Shown: in pieces, positions 11,533-23,944 of the stretch
Layout: each line of letters starts with the position of its first letter
How positions within the stretch are numbered: position 1 is the stretch's first letter
From: Raillietiella orientalis
Taxonomy: Eukaryota
Reading direction: 5' to 3'
Length of the DNA: 64,000 bases
Assembly: GCA_036172245.1 (NCBI GenBank)
Contig: JAYWIR010000024.1
Coordinates: 124,001 to 188,000, forward strand
Program-made: the position numbers and the translations under genes
The notes under the pieces: generated by a model
The model's input: the letters and a program-made list of their open reading frames with translations, nothing else
Told to the model about the DNA's origin: nothing
The model's database searches: none

Positions 11533-14500
11533 ATGCTGCGCTCCTGCTGCACCACCTGCTACATCTTCGTTGCTTGCCTCGTTGGAGCTCACGCTGGACT
11601 GGAGCGGGCAGACAACCCGCCCATCATACTGAGTACTGAGTTTCACCCCTTCGTCTACAGGCCGCACGCGCGCGCACTGCGACGGCGGCCGCGACAAAAA
11701 CGGTGCCGTCGACGAAGCTGACGGCAGCCGGCTCCCTTCCTTCCTCGCTGGAGCCCGACCCCAGGTGGTCTTTCGGTCTGACGGCAATGAAACGAATGCG
11801 CGCCGAGTCGCGCGCTCCAAGCGACCACTGCTTGAAACACCCGCGCGCTTTCGCCGGGGACGTTTCTCTGCGCGTGTGCAAAGCTCACAGGGGAGTTCCG
11901 CATCCCATGGAATCCACACCGGGCGGGTTTCGCACCCACAGCGCAGTCACGCTGTCCCGAGGAAGGAGTAAAAGGGAGAGGAGGGGTAAGGAAATGGAGA
12001 TTTGGTGGTGGCATGCAGGAAGGGTCACCGTATCTCATATGCCCCCCCCCCTCCCGGAGGGTTCGCGAGCTCGACGAGGACGATTCCATCCCTGGTCTGC
12101 TGGGCCGTTTCTCCGCCTCTTGCAGCAACGAGGTTGCCGAAGCAACGGCCTCGCGGCTACGCTGCCCTCCTGCTTGCACGTGACTCGGCTCTGCAAACGT
12201 AGAGCAGCCATGGGGGCGCGGAGGGCCTTCTTGGGAGGCCCTCCGCGCTCGTTGCGGAGTCAGTTGGCTCCTTCCTGTAGAAGTCCAGGGTCCCCTTTTT
12301 GCGGCCCAGCGCGGGAAGAGAGCAGTCGCGTGCACCGCCTACCATCCGACGGAGGAGCGCGGAACCGTCGACACGCCCAGAAACGGTGGTAGCAGAGGAT
12401 GTCCAAGGAGCCCCGCCCGCCGATGAGCCGCTTCCCTTCGCACGGATGCTCGGAGTCGGCCCGCTGACTCCGCGACCACCCACCAAGGAGTTTCCGCCCC
12501 CACAGAGCCGCGCCTGCCCCTGCAACTGCCGCGCACGGTTCCGAACCGGCCTCCGAGTGCTCCGAGTTCGCGCTTCCCGAGCTCGGGCGGAAGTGCCTCC
12601 TGCAAGTGTGCGCCCAACCTGCCATGCGTAAACGTTCTGTGCGCGTGTGGGCGGACTGACAGGTCGTGGCGCGTCCAGGCTGCGCGGTGAGCGCCGGCAC
12701 TGCCGCCCCTCGCGCGATTCGGACGTGACGTCGTTGTAACCGGTTCACGGTGAATACGAACGGGCACCGAGAAAATTTCGGGAACACGTGCTTAGAGAAA
12801 CATACGAGCGAGGGAAAAAAAGTCCCTCCGGGATTTCCGTGCTCGGTTCCGGCCGCAAACCTGTCGCCGCCTTCGGCGGCGCTGCCGTATCCTGGCGCGC
12901 AGCGTCGGGCGGGTTTCTCCGGGCAGCGACAAGCGGCAGTTGCAGGGGCAGCACTGCCATCTGCCGTTGTCCCTGACACTACGATGTGGCTGAAGGGGGG
13001 TTGCACCTCTGCAGATTCGCACGTTCGACCGCTGCACGCATGCGAGCTGGGGCCACAACCCAGTACCCCCGTCCCACCGTGCTCCGCGAGGGGTCGCGCC
13101 ACTGATGGCCTGCGGTCGCCCCGAGAGATGCCGAGAGCTCCTCAGCACCCTCTCTGCGCGGACCCTTAGTCTTCGGGTGTCCCGAGCTCTGTTTGCAGCC
13201 GACGGCCGCTCGCCCCACGGGGGCCGCCACTGCGCGTGCGCCGCCTGCTCAACTCTGGTGCGGACGCGGACGAGCGCCCCCTTCCCGCATTCATTCCCGG
13301 AGGAAGATTTCGCGCCCACCGTGCGCCCCCCTTACGTTTGCGTTTTCTCGTACTAAGTGTACGTTCGCGCGAAAGCAGTCGAGTCTCTCCAGGGTGGACC
13401 CGGTGCTGGCGATCAGTTTGACCGTCGAGAGGTTTCTTTTCCGTTGTCCGTTCGCATTTCGGCGTCGGCGCAACGCGCATTCCCCTTCTGGCATGATCGT
13501 GAATTCTCGGACGAAGGTCTGCCGGGCAGCAGCGCTATTTTTTAAATTCTCGAGAGTTTCCCGAGAGACGGGCTTGGAGGTTAACGCTCCTTGCATGGAG
13601 CCGATGGCTACGTCACATGAGATCGCAGCCATGGCGTTTGCCCACTCTTTCGCAACGAGAAATCGAAGCTTCCCTCAAGGTCGCGCCAGCAAGCAGACGA
13701 ACCTGGGGAGGGGCAAAAAAGTGCAATCTGTCGGCAACGACTTATCAGCGACTTGTACAGTTCGCCAGTACCGAATGTAATCATCCGGGCCGGGGTATGT
13801 ACAAGCGGAATGTTTCATCGCCGTTGATAGCTCAGTGATGATGCCGCAGGCATCAGTGGAAAGCGGGTGAAGGAATAGGGGAAACGATAGAGGTGGTGGG
13901 CGGACTCGAGCCTATTATTTACGCGCACGAAGCCCTGTAGGAGGACCTTTGCAGCAGCAGCAAAGCACTTCCGCAAGAAAATCCAGAAAGAATTCCCTTT
14001 TTTTTCCTTTCTACCGTTTTCGATCGATCCGGATGACGCGCCCCAGCATTGTTGAAAAAATTGGCGCCGATCGCGGCACCCGTGCTGCCAGCTGCCGAGG
14101 GAGCTTCGAAGCGCGGAAAGGAGGGTCCGCGCCGCCCTTCGCATGATGGGGCAGCGCGGACCCGCCCTGTCCTCCGGCGAATGAGGTCTCGCCCACGCAA
14201 AGTCGTCGCCCCCGAGGGGCGAGCGGCCGTCTGCTCGCGGGTGCCGTCGGCTGCAAACAGAGCTCGGGACACCCGAAGACTAAGGGTCCGCGCAGAGAGG
14301 GTGCTGAGGAGCTCTCGGCATCTCTCGGAGCGACCGCAGGTCATCAGTGGCGCGACCCCTCGCGCAGCACGGTGGGGCGGGGGTACTGGGTTGTGGCCCC
14401 AGCTCGCATGCGTGCAGCGGTCGAGCGTGCGAACCTTCAGAGGTGTTACCCCCTTCAGCCACATCGCAGTGTCAGAGACGGCGGCTGATGACGGAAAACC

Positions 14501-17500
14501 GGAAGCGTCTGGCAGTCGTGTTTCGGATGCCCTTCGACCCCGAGAGATGCCTTCCGTCCGGATGCTGTGAGGAGGCCGTGGGAAACCCCTGGCACCCGCG
14601 CTGCACGCGGCTCGTACGTTTTGTAAGGCGGACGTAGCGTCTCCTTTGGGATGTTTTCGGATAAACTGGTTGCTAAGGTTTCATTTGGAACCTCAGCAAC
14701 CAGTTGTTGTTCGGATGGGTTGGCTGTTTCGGAATGACCACGTTTCTGAGTTTGAGGATTGCTTTTAGTGGGGTGATTTAGGGTGGGAATTAATTTTGGA
14801 TTGGGATAGTAAGTCGAATTGGTGGCAGCACCAAACTCTTTGTTCTTCCTCTTTTGTGAAAGAAAAATACAGTCGTTTTCCTGCTTCGTTTGTTCACTGT
14901 TGCGGCTCCAGCCCTGACAGCTCGAGCGACCAACTCGAAACTCCTTCGTCATATCGTTTAAGCAGCAATAGCAGTAGCAGTAATAATAACAGCAGCAATA
15001 ATAATAAAAGTAACCGTAGTAATGGTAAGAGTAATATGCAAATTTGATCCGCCTTCAGCTGTTCAGAAACATTAAGGAAACGTGCGGCAAGTCACGACCG
15101 GCTTTGCGTTGCCATGAAAGCGGCGCACTGACTCTCACTGACCGCGGGTTCGGATGAGAGGCAGTCCAGCCGCAGACAGGATTCTTGATCCCTGCGCGCC
15201 ATTAGGGACGGCAGGAGGACGATGCGACCTCGGAGACGGGTGGAAGGCGAGCGCGCAGAGGTCACCGCGAAGAAACGACCGGTACGTTTCTCAGAGACCG
15301 CAGAGAAGAAAGGAGGGGAGAGAGTAGAGAGGTCGGGGAGACCATGGAAGCGCGGGCGTGGGAAGACGGACACCGCCAGCGGTTCGCCTCCAGAGGAACA
15401 GGCAACGCCATCCAGGGGTAGGTCCAGAAAACGACCGAATCCACCGGGGAATGAAACCCACGAGGAGAACGGCAGGCAGCCCCGCCGCCATCCGGACGAA
15501 GGACTTTTCCGCCCGACGCTTCCATCACCCTTCCGGTTTCGCCTCGGAGGGCTTTTCTAAACCGAGGCCCCGCATGCGTGACGTGCGCTCGCCAGTGACA
15601 CGAGAGCGGTCGATCGGGCCACATGCTGTTTCAGGGCAGCCCGAAACCTTCCCCATCGCATGCGCACCCACCCACCTTTGCTCCTCGAAAAACTCCGGTG
15701 AAGTCGACGTGTCGGGATCAGTGGACGGTTTTCGCCAAGAGGGAAGCCAGGACTGACGCGCGCATTGATGCCCAAACCATGGCAACAGCACGCCCATTGC
15801 CGTTGCTTCCTTCCGATTCCCTCCCGCCGATCCGACGCTTGGAAACGCAGAGGCTCCAGAACACGACCCAGGGCGGCAAACCGTCCGGAGGAGCCACTTC
15901 TTCGCGCGCCGGTGGTCCTCGCAGCGGGGACGGCTGCGATCGCGCTAGGTTGGTCGGTCTGCTTTGCTGGAGCAGGGCCGTGGGTTGGTCACGACCGTGG
16001 CGCTTCGGAGCGACGGGGCTGTGCGAGCAGAAGGAGGAGGCGGTGACGTGACTCGCTCGACCCTGGGACGCAGCTCCCCCCGAGTTCTATCCAGGGTGTG
16101 GCGGGAACGAGAGCAGGAAATCGCACGGTTATGGCCCTGGGGCGTCCCGGGGTCATAACGATAGACGCCGGATCGGCAGAGGGCATGGTAGGTCGCTCGG
16201 CGTCCCTCGCACACCTCCCGCTTTGCTGAGAGGTCGCGCGCCAGGGTGCATAATGAGTTCTGCGACTCCGTTGGCTGGATGATGGTATCTTGAGGGAGGG
16301 CTGCTCCTCATGAGGCGGAAAGTGTGGTTCGTTCCATGGTCATTGCAGCAGGCGACTGTGGCAGGAAGGGTGCAGTGACGTGTGGGTGCTGCTGGTTTGA
16401 GTAGTTGAGGGCCCGTCCTTCCTACTGCCGTCCACCGTACTGGCGGTCTTGAGGGGCTTCAAGGAAGTCGGAAAGGCGCCTTGATTTCGTCGCGACGCGA
16501 GGTGTCGTGTCCTCTGTGGCTTACAACTGCTTCTTGTCCGTAGAGTGCCTGCCCGTAGAGTCCCAGTCGGCTGTGGCTCGTAGAGACGGGAAAGAAGGAG
16601 CACCTGTGTGGCCAAACGACGTTCTGTACTTGTGGTGGTTCCTTGCTCGTCGTGAAGATAGCAGCGATGTCGACGAGACTGCTGGGTGTTATTGAGGGGC
16701 GATGTCCGTCAAAATCCCGAACGATCATAAAAAACAAATGCATATGTTTATTAGATATATTAACATGTATATTACAGATCAATGTACAGGCTAATATATA
16801 TTCTAACGATTATAAAATATGCATGTACGTGCCTTTTGTGTATATTGATATACACATTTATACATAGACTAATATGCAAATTTATTTTAACACAATTACT
16901 AGATATTAATGTATATAATTAACACATATATTAAAGATTAAAAAATATATGTGCTTATTATATATATTAATGTATGTGTATTTATACATATAACAAGTAT
17001 GTATTAAATGAATATATGCCCATATCAAATTACAAAGATATATAGTCACAATGAGAATTAAAATCCCGAAAACAGAATGCGTCGTTTCCTGAGGAAGTTT
17101 CTTTGGTTTAGCGTTGGGAATGGCAGGAAAAGGAAATACCAAATTTCTTATTTGTTTTTTTAATTTGGCCTCTTTTTTTCCCGCTATTTTTCATTGGCAC
17201 CATCGGTGTTTGTTTTTGAAAATTAGATATACATTTAACCATACATGTTCAATTGACATTATATATCTAAAGATTATAATACATTTTATTAATATTATAT
17301 ATATACTATGTTTACATGAATGTGAAGTGGGTACATGAATCTATACATTGATGTATACATAAATTTACATTTTAATATACATAATAAGCAAATGTATTAT
17401 TTTGTATGATCGTTCGGGATTTCAATGTTGAGGATTTTGACCCACACTCGTCTTTAGTGGTGGGAAGAAGGGGTTAAGCGGGGTTTCTTGTAGCCCTTCG

Positions 17501-20500
17501 GGCCAGTCACAGAGCCAATTGCAAACGGCGGTCGTTGCCGATTGACCTCCGTTGCCAAGAATCGTGCCCGGAGCGAGGTTCCGCAGGTGGTTGGCAACGG
17601 TCTGAAACAGGGACGGAATTCCATGCTTATGGATGTTGGCATGTGTTTCTTCTGGGCTGCCACAGCGACAAGGACGGCCGTAGCGTCCTCTCCTATCACC
17701 TGGGTGCACCTGCACCTTTGGAAAAGAGGACGATTTTTCCAGGCCAAGGGCGAGACCGGCGTACACCGCTGAAAGCGGCAGCAGCATACGAAAATGAGAG
17801 GATGCCAGTCGATTCCCGCAAGGCGGGTGGTTACGAGTCCCACGCACCGGCACGTCCCTTCTCCACGGCGAGTTTGACCTCATTCTGCTGCAAACCGATG
17901 ATGGTCTCTAAGCCTTTCTTTTTAAAGTCAAGAAGAGTCACTTTGCAGCGGCAGCACAGCTCATGGCGAAAGTCACCGGTGCCAATCGTACGCTCACGTA
18001 GCAGCAAATCAGTTTCGTACACGCATAGCTGTGTAAGACAAGACAGGAGTATAGACTGGATAAGGGAAGACAAGACGGTGCTTAAAGTGGCTGCTGCTGA
18101 AAGGGAGAGGCCAGAAGGAAGGACATCCCATTTTGGCGTTGCCCGTTCCGGTTATTAGTCGAATGTCGGCTTCGATGTTTCTGTTTAAGGATCGTCCTCC
18201 TCGAAAACCATCACCCACAACTCTTGGAGCTCCCATTTTTTTTCATGTTCTCAGAGCCCAAGAACCACTAATTACCAGGAAAGACAGGAAGTCTTCGGCA
18301 TCGATTCAGTCCGTACATTTGGCACGTCGCGAGGCGTTTGCTGAGAACAGCCTCGAGAAGACACAACGGGACGGGCCACTGCTATTCTCCTTCCCAGCTT
18401 TTCAACGAGAGCTTCCGTGAAGTCCGCAATGAGCCGCGAGGGGCACGCACTTCCCCGTGGTTTCGAACAGCAGCACGCGTGCTGCCCATCGAGCAGCGCT
18501 TTAGGAAAAAGCGGTCCAAGAACGGCTGTGCCCTGAGAGCTGGAAATTCCTCGACCGCATGCGGACCGGCGCAGCAGGACGGCAGTGTCGTCCGTGGTCC
18601 AGCACACGTCTAGTGGGCACCCCCTCCCCCCTCGGAGCACGGGTTTCCCACGGAACACTGCGAGATCAGCGAGCAGAATCCGTGTGCTTGCCCGTCACCG
18701 ACCGCCAAGCACGGTGCTGAAACTTCCTCCAAAGAGGAAGAGCAACGCCACTCCGGACGTTTAGATCCGGCATCCAGCCGCCGAGCGAGAGCAACCAGTT
18801 TTGGGAAACGTCCACCCTTCCTCCTCCCTAAGTCTCGATTCCGCTACCACGGAAGCGACCCCTTGTCCGCATGTGACCTTGGAACGGAAGCCTTGCAGGA
18901 GTTCCTCTCCTAAATTGCCGTGAGAGGCGCCTCTCCGGACTACCGGGATCTAAGGGCACGCAGGTCGGCGGTAGCGTGGAGACTCTGATCCGCCGAGGAG
19001 TCACGCAGCCGCGCAGCGCGCGCGCTCCGTGTCCGGCAGGCGTGCGGGGTGCAACGCGTGCACGCCGGAAAGTGGAACCGTCCGAACACGCTTTCGTTCC
19101 CCGTTTTCCTTCCCTTCCTTTTTTTTCCTATTACGGGGTCATGTAAGCAAAGCGCTAGCGGAGCTCGAGAAAAACGTTGGGAGTCGGTTTCCCTTGGTAA
19201 CGGGTCTCGGTTGGAGTTCTCGTGCGGGGGTGAGAGCCTCGAACCAGCCACGCAAAGAACGGAAAGAAGTTCGTTGGGCGGTCGGCACCTGCAGACTCGG
19301 ACACGATGATTCCCGAACACCGACGGCCGCAGGGAGGTTCGTCTTCCACGTGCCTGCAAAGATGTTTCGCCTCTGGCCCGATGGTGTCTGTCCGTCCGCC
19401 CTGATCGCAACTCGGTTGCGGCGTCGCTCAGCGCGGCCATCCTCCGCTCGCTAGCGGCGCTTTCGCCACGGCAACGGCGACGAGGGTGACGCAACAATAG
19501 GCTCGAAGGGGTATTCGTGCGCGGAACACACACCAGGACCAACAGTGCGATGGAAGGAGGTGGGAGGGAAAGCCAATCGCCATCTCCGTGGCGATTTCGT
19601 CACGGAGATGCGCTTCCGGGAAATACGCCCGCGAGGGGGAGGGAGGGGGCGCCTTCTGCTTTCAAGCGTTTCGGAAATCAGCTGCAAAACCCGCAGGCTT
19701 GGCGCGGCCTCTGCCAAATCCTCCCTTGGACTTCACGCGGCGTATCCCACGCCATGTTGCCGAATCGCGCCTTTTCCGCGCGTCTTGCAGAGAGACTCGT
19801 TCGGCTCTGAGGACCGCGCGTTCAGGCCGGGCCTTTCCCTACGTGCTGCCACCACAAGCGCTCGTCACAAAGGGAGGCAAACAAGAGTCGGGGTGGGGGA
19901 GGAAGGTCCGAAATCATCTCTTGCGGAAATCACCCCCGTCCAACAGCTTCGTCCATTGTTCTTTTCCTTCGAGGATAGTTCCTGGAGACGGAGGCTCCCG
20001 ACTGAGCTTGCTGCTGAAGGAGAAAAAATCCCAGCACTGGTACTGCGAGAAAAACACCAAAGGCTACGAGGAGCTGTGGATCAGTCTGATAAACTTGCTC
20101 CCGTTCACCAGTGTCAACTGCTTCGTAAGTAGCGCTTGCCACCACCCACCCAACCCTTACCCCCCTGTGAGTGACTCCCCACTGGTTCCTCCGGTGGAGA
20201 ATAGCAGTGCTTGCCGGAAAATTCGAATGAAATATAAGGAACGTGTCTCGTGGTAGCAGTCGACGACCATCTTGTGTCGAGCTTTCAGGAGGCGGTCTGC
20301 GTTGTTTGTCTCCCGTCGCAGCAAAGCCGTTGTCGATAGAGCGTGTGGTCAGGCTCAAAAAGAACGCCAAACTCACGGTCGCCGCAGAGATGCTCGCTGT
20401 ACTCGGCGTGCGGAAGGCAGATGGAACAGGAGGTGCGATGACCACCAGGCAGTCGTGCTCGAGAGAGATTCCTCAAGCATCAACGAGACAACAAAGGTCT

Positions 20501-23500
20501 CTTTGATGGAGGCTCTCCTGTGGTGGAAAGAGACGTACTACGCGCCGAGTCTTACCCGTGTTTCTGAGGTCCGACGTGGCTGACCCCAGGGAGGAGCAGG
20601 CGTTTTGAGTAGGCGGGAACGGGGTCGCACTCCAAACTGCGCCGCCTCGGTTGTGCTCACGCATGCCCATGAGGGCCGGTCACTTACAGCGGGCACAGTT
20701 GTTCCTCATCCGGACTCATCGTCCGGTCGGCTTTGCGAGGTGACGAGGTTTCTCGTGGAAAGTTCTACATAACATTATTGCAAACTTGTCCTGTGGCTGG
20801 CCTGGAGCCTTCCAGCTCACGGCATCCTAATTCCTTCCGAGAATGTGTAGTTTCCGGTCTCCGGATCCTTCCGGAAAAATGTCTTTTTGTGGACACACAA
20901 CGTATCCTCCAGCAAAGACTTGGGAAATTCAGGCTCCCAAAGGATACCTTGGTTTGGGAACTTTCTATTTTCACTTGTTTAGAGCCGATACGAGCGCTAT
21001 CTCTGAATCTGCCGAGAAACTGCACGCTAGAAGCTCCAGCGACGTTTTCCATCTTCGGCTGCACGGCTCGGGCCAGTCGGGCGCAGGGGTGGATCCGGGA
21101 GAGCAAAATGCGGGTGCCTCCTTCTCTCGACCTCCGACAGCGGCAGCTGGGCTAGAAGTCACTGCAGTTCTTTTCGTGAAAAACGAGTGCCCCTGCAGGC
21201 GATTTTCTCGACATCTCGACAGTGGCCAGGAACGAGGTCGTTCTGCCGGACTTATGAGACCTCCTCACCATCTGCACTGCGGCTGAAGAACCTACCTTGC
21301 GGAAGGCACTGGCCGCGCACTAGAGCTCGCGACGAATGCATTCCGGAAGATTCGGCAACCCCTCCACGTGCAAGCCGCTCCTCCTCACCACCCTCATCGC
21401 CATCATCCTTTCCTCCACACCACTGCCAAACGCCATCGTCACCGCTATCACCACCACCACCAACTTAATCATTACACATCCTTAGCACCACACCACTCTC
21501 ATCGTTACACATCTCTACCACTACCGCCACCATGACCACCACCACCACCCTCATCGTCACCGTCACCAGGATCCTCACCATAAGAACTTCGCGCCATCAT
21601 TACTTTCGTCACCGTCACCACCTCTTGCTATTCCACCGCTCGAGGACTCGTCTTTGCTTTCCTGCCGTGCGCGGGGCCGCGCTGGCAGCTCTGCTGGGGA
21701 CTCGAGAGGGTTTGGAACTTCCGAAGGGCTCTGCCGCAGTAGTCGCCGGCGCGCTTTGAGATAGGGGAGTGGAGCAGCGCAGCATGACGCCACCTCCCCG
21801 GAGTGCACACCGCGGCCCGCAGCGAGTGGGGAGTGCGCACGGGTGGAACGCGGCACGGGGTGCGTGGGTGCATGAGGCAGAGATCCCTCCGAAGAGCACT
21901 GGGAAACTCGCACGCACACGAGGGCGGGGGGAGTGGTTGGGGATTCACTGCGCTTCCGTCCTTCGCCGTCAAAAGGAGAGATCTCGAAGCCCCAGCATCC
22001 CCTGCAGGGAGCATCCTTGAGGAGAAATGCCGAGAAAGAGGGAAGGGGAGGGGAGAGAGCCGAGATGCTGTTCGGATCCTACAGCCCGGGGCTACCCCCG
22101 CTGGGGGGAGGGGACACCCACCTCCAAACCCTTCCGCCGCGACTGGCGCGGCGAGGCACGAAGCCGCAGTCGTGCGATCCGTTCCCTGCTGCCGCCCCTG
22201 AGGTGCGGGGGCAAGCAGCGAGGGGAGCGGAACGGAGGAAGGTCAGGATCGCAAAGAGAAGGAGCGGGAAGCGCTCCGAACCGAAGCCGCGACTTGTGGT
22301 CCACCACAGCCGGGACGTTCACTGGACGCACCTGCTAAGACACCCCCCAAAACGACAGAGCGCACACCTGCAGAAGACCACCAACCTGGTCACGGCGGAG
22401 GCGACGACACTTGCGGCCTGAGGAGGGAAAGGCTGCGGATTCGAATCCGGCCTGCCGAACAGCCCTCCGCGTCAGAGCTCTGTGTCAGCAAGAATGTCTG
22501 CAGGGAAAAATCTCTCCGTGGACGTCACCCTGGAGAGGACGCAGTTTCCCTAAAACCTGGTTTTCATGATGGCTTCCTCTCTGTCCCCGTCTAGAGCAAC
22601 GAATGAGAAGGCTCGCGCTCTTCCGACAGCGCCACGCGTGCACCTCGCCTCTCCCCTCCTTCACCTTCCTGCCCTTTCGCTCCCAGATCGAAAACATTCG
22701 GCTGGAGTTCGACAACGAGACCAACACCACGTCGTCTAGTCCCGGAATCTACGTCAGAACCTTCGGGTTCGGGGACACCGACTCGGTGGAATACCTGGAC
22801 ACGATTCACTTTTCGTGGGCGGAATACATGTGGATCATCGTGCAGTTCTTCGTGGACCTGGGATACGAGCGGGGTCGAAGCATCTTAGCCGCTCCGTACG
22901 ACTTCCGCAAGGCCCCCAGTGAGCGCCTCTTCGGCGTCCTTGCCGTGCCTCATGCGCTGACTTCGATCCCTCGTGACCTTTCTCTTCAGATGAGCTGCAG
23001 GAGTACTACAGCGACCTGAAGGAGCTGGTGGAGGCGGCAAGCGCCGCCAACGGGGGCCGCAAGGTGGTGCTCGTGTCGCACAGCCTAGGTGCACCCGTGA
23101 CGCTCTTCTTCCTGCACAGCATGACGCAGGCCTGGAAGGACGACCATATCCACTCCTGGGTCACTCTGTCCGGTGCCTTCGGCGGTAGCATCAAGTCGAT
23201 CAAGGTCATGCACTGTGGTAGGCCGGGACGGAGGGGGTCCCGCACGGCATGCACCTGTCTATCCTCCCAGGGGACAACATGGGCATCTTCTTCCTCTCCC
23301 AGTGGACCATGAGGGACTTCGAGAAGTCCTTCCCCAGCGTAGCCTTCCTACTGCCTTCCGAGAGGGTGTGGGACGACGAGCAGGTCATCATCTCCAACGA
23401 CGAGCGCAACTACACGGTCCGCGATCTCGAGGACTACTTCCGGTAGGCTCTTCGCTACTATCCGCCGTCCCCTTGCCCACAGTGCCGTCCGCGGGCGCGA

Positions 23501-23944
23501 CCCGCAGCGACATCGGCTACAGCGAAGGGTGGAAGCTGAGGTGGGCGACGAAGGACCTGCTGGGCGACTACGAGGACCCCGGTGTGGAGGTGGTCTGCTT
23601 GCACGGCGTCGGAGTGGACACTCCCGAGAGGTGAGATGCGGCGCCGCGCGTTTCCCCGTCGTCCTCGCCAGCGGGCGCCCAGGCTGCTCTTCAAGGGCAA
23701 GAAGTGGGTGTCATCGGCCCCGGACGTGGAGACCGGCGACGGGGACGGGACGGTGAACCTCCGCAGCCTGGAGTTGTGCAAGCGGTGGAAGCTCACCTCG
23801 TCCAAGATCGTCTACCACGAGATGTTCCCGGGAGTCACGCACCAGAACATCCTGGAAGACCCGATCGTGCTCTCCAGGCTTGCGGAACTCTTGCTGGGTA
23901 CCACCGCTGGGAGGCACGCGGCGTCGACGGTCCAGAGGGAATAA
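11533..23944 (+). CDS. PLA2G15: Group XV (lysosomal) phospholipase A2 / LCAT-family lipase, paralogue 1, 7 exons, 420 aa
   Basis: Exons 11533-11632, 19979-20124, 22687-22918, 22990-23217, 23271-23442, 23508-23630, 23683-23944; all GT-AG, phases consistent, 1263 nt. Signal-peptide-like start, PIILIPGDGG oxyanion motif, YC...NCF disulfide pair, APYDFRKAP, SHSLG nucleophile, GDGDGTVNLRSL (Asp), GVTHQNIL (His). Exon 1 linkage across the 8.3-kb intron is inferred from phase, motif completion and paralogue 2. Confidence 0.9.
12956..14492. repeat. Long inverted repeat (arms ~12956-13206 and ~14243-14492, ~1 kb spacer) in intron 1
   Basis: Arms are reverse complements with roughly 90% or more identity by eye. 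The ORF track gives near-identical translations on opposite strands (13105+ versus 13919-). No TSD found. Confidence 0.9.
16712..17422. mobile_element. AT-rich MITE-like element with 18-bp terminal inverted repeats
   Basis: AAATCCCGAACGATCATA (16712-16729) and TATGATCGTTCGGGATTT (17405-17422) bound a sharply AT-rich non-coding block. CA flanks both ends; internal partial copy AAATCCCGAA near 17061. Confidence 0.7.
21380..21620. repeat. Degenerate (CAC/CAT)n trinucleotide tract
   Basis: Runs of CACCACCAT/CATCGTCAC. Similar tracts occur at ~24430-24530 (GTG strand), ~28340-28480 and ~29800-29980. Confidence 0.7.

Noticed and set aside
14478..14510. Hammerhead-like CTGATGA-CGG-AAAA-CCG-GAAG
   Set aside because: GAAG rather than GAAA, and no stem I or NUH cleavage site in register. 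CTGATGA at ~59764 likewise lacks GAAA.
14640..14830. Degenerate TTAGG-like periodicity (also AACCT-like at ~30605-30720)
   Set aside because: Too degenerate to call an interstitial telomeric repeat.
22390..22460. B-box-like palindrome GGATTCGAATCC
   Set aside because: No convincing A box or cloverleaf; not a tRNA.
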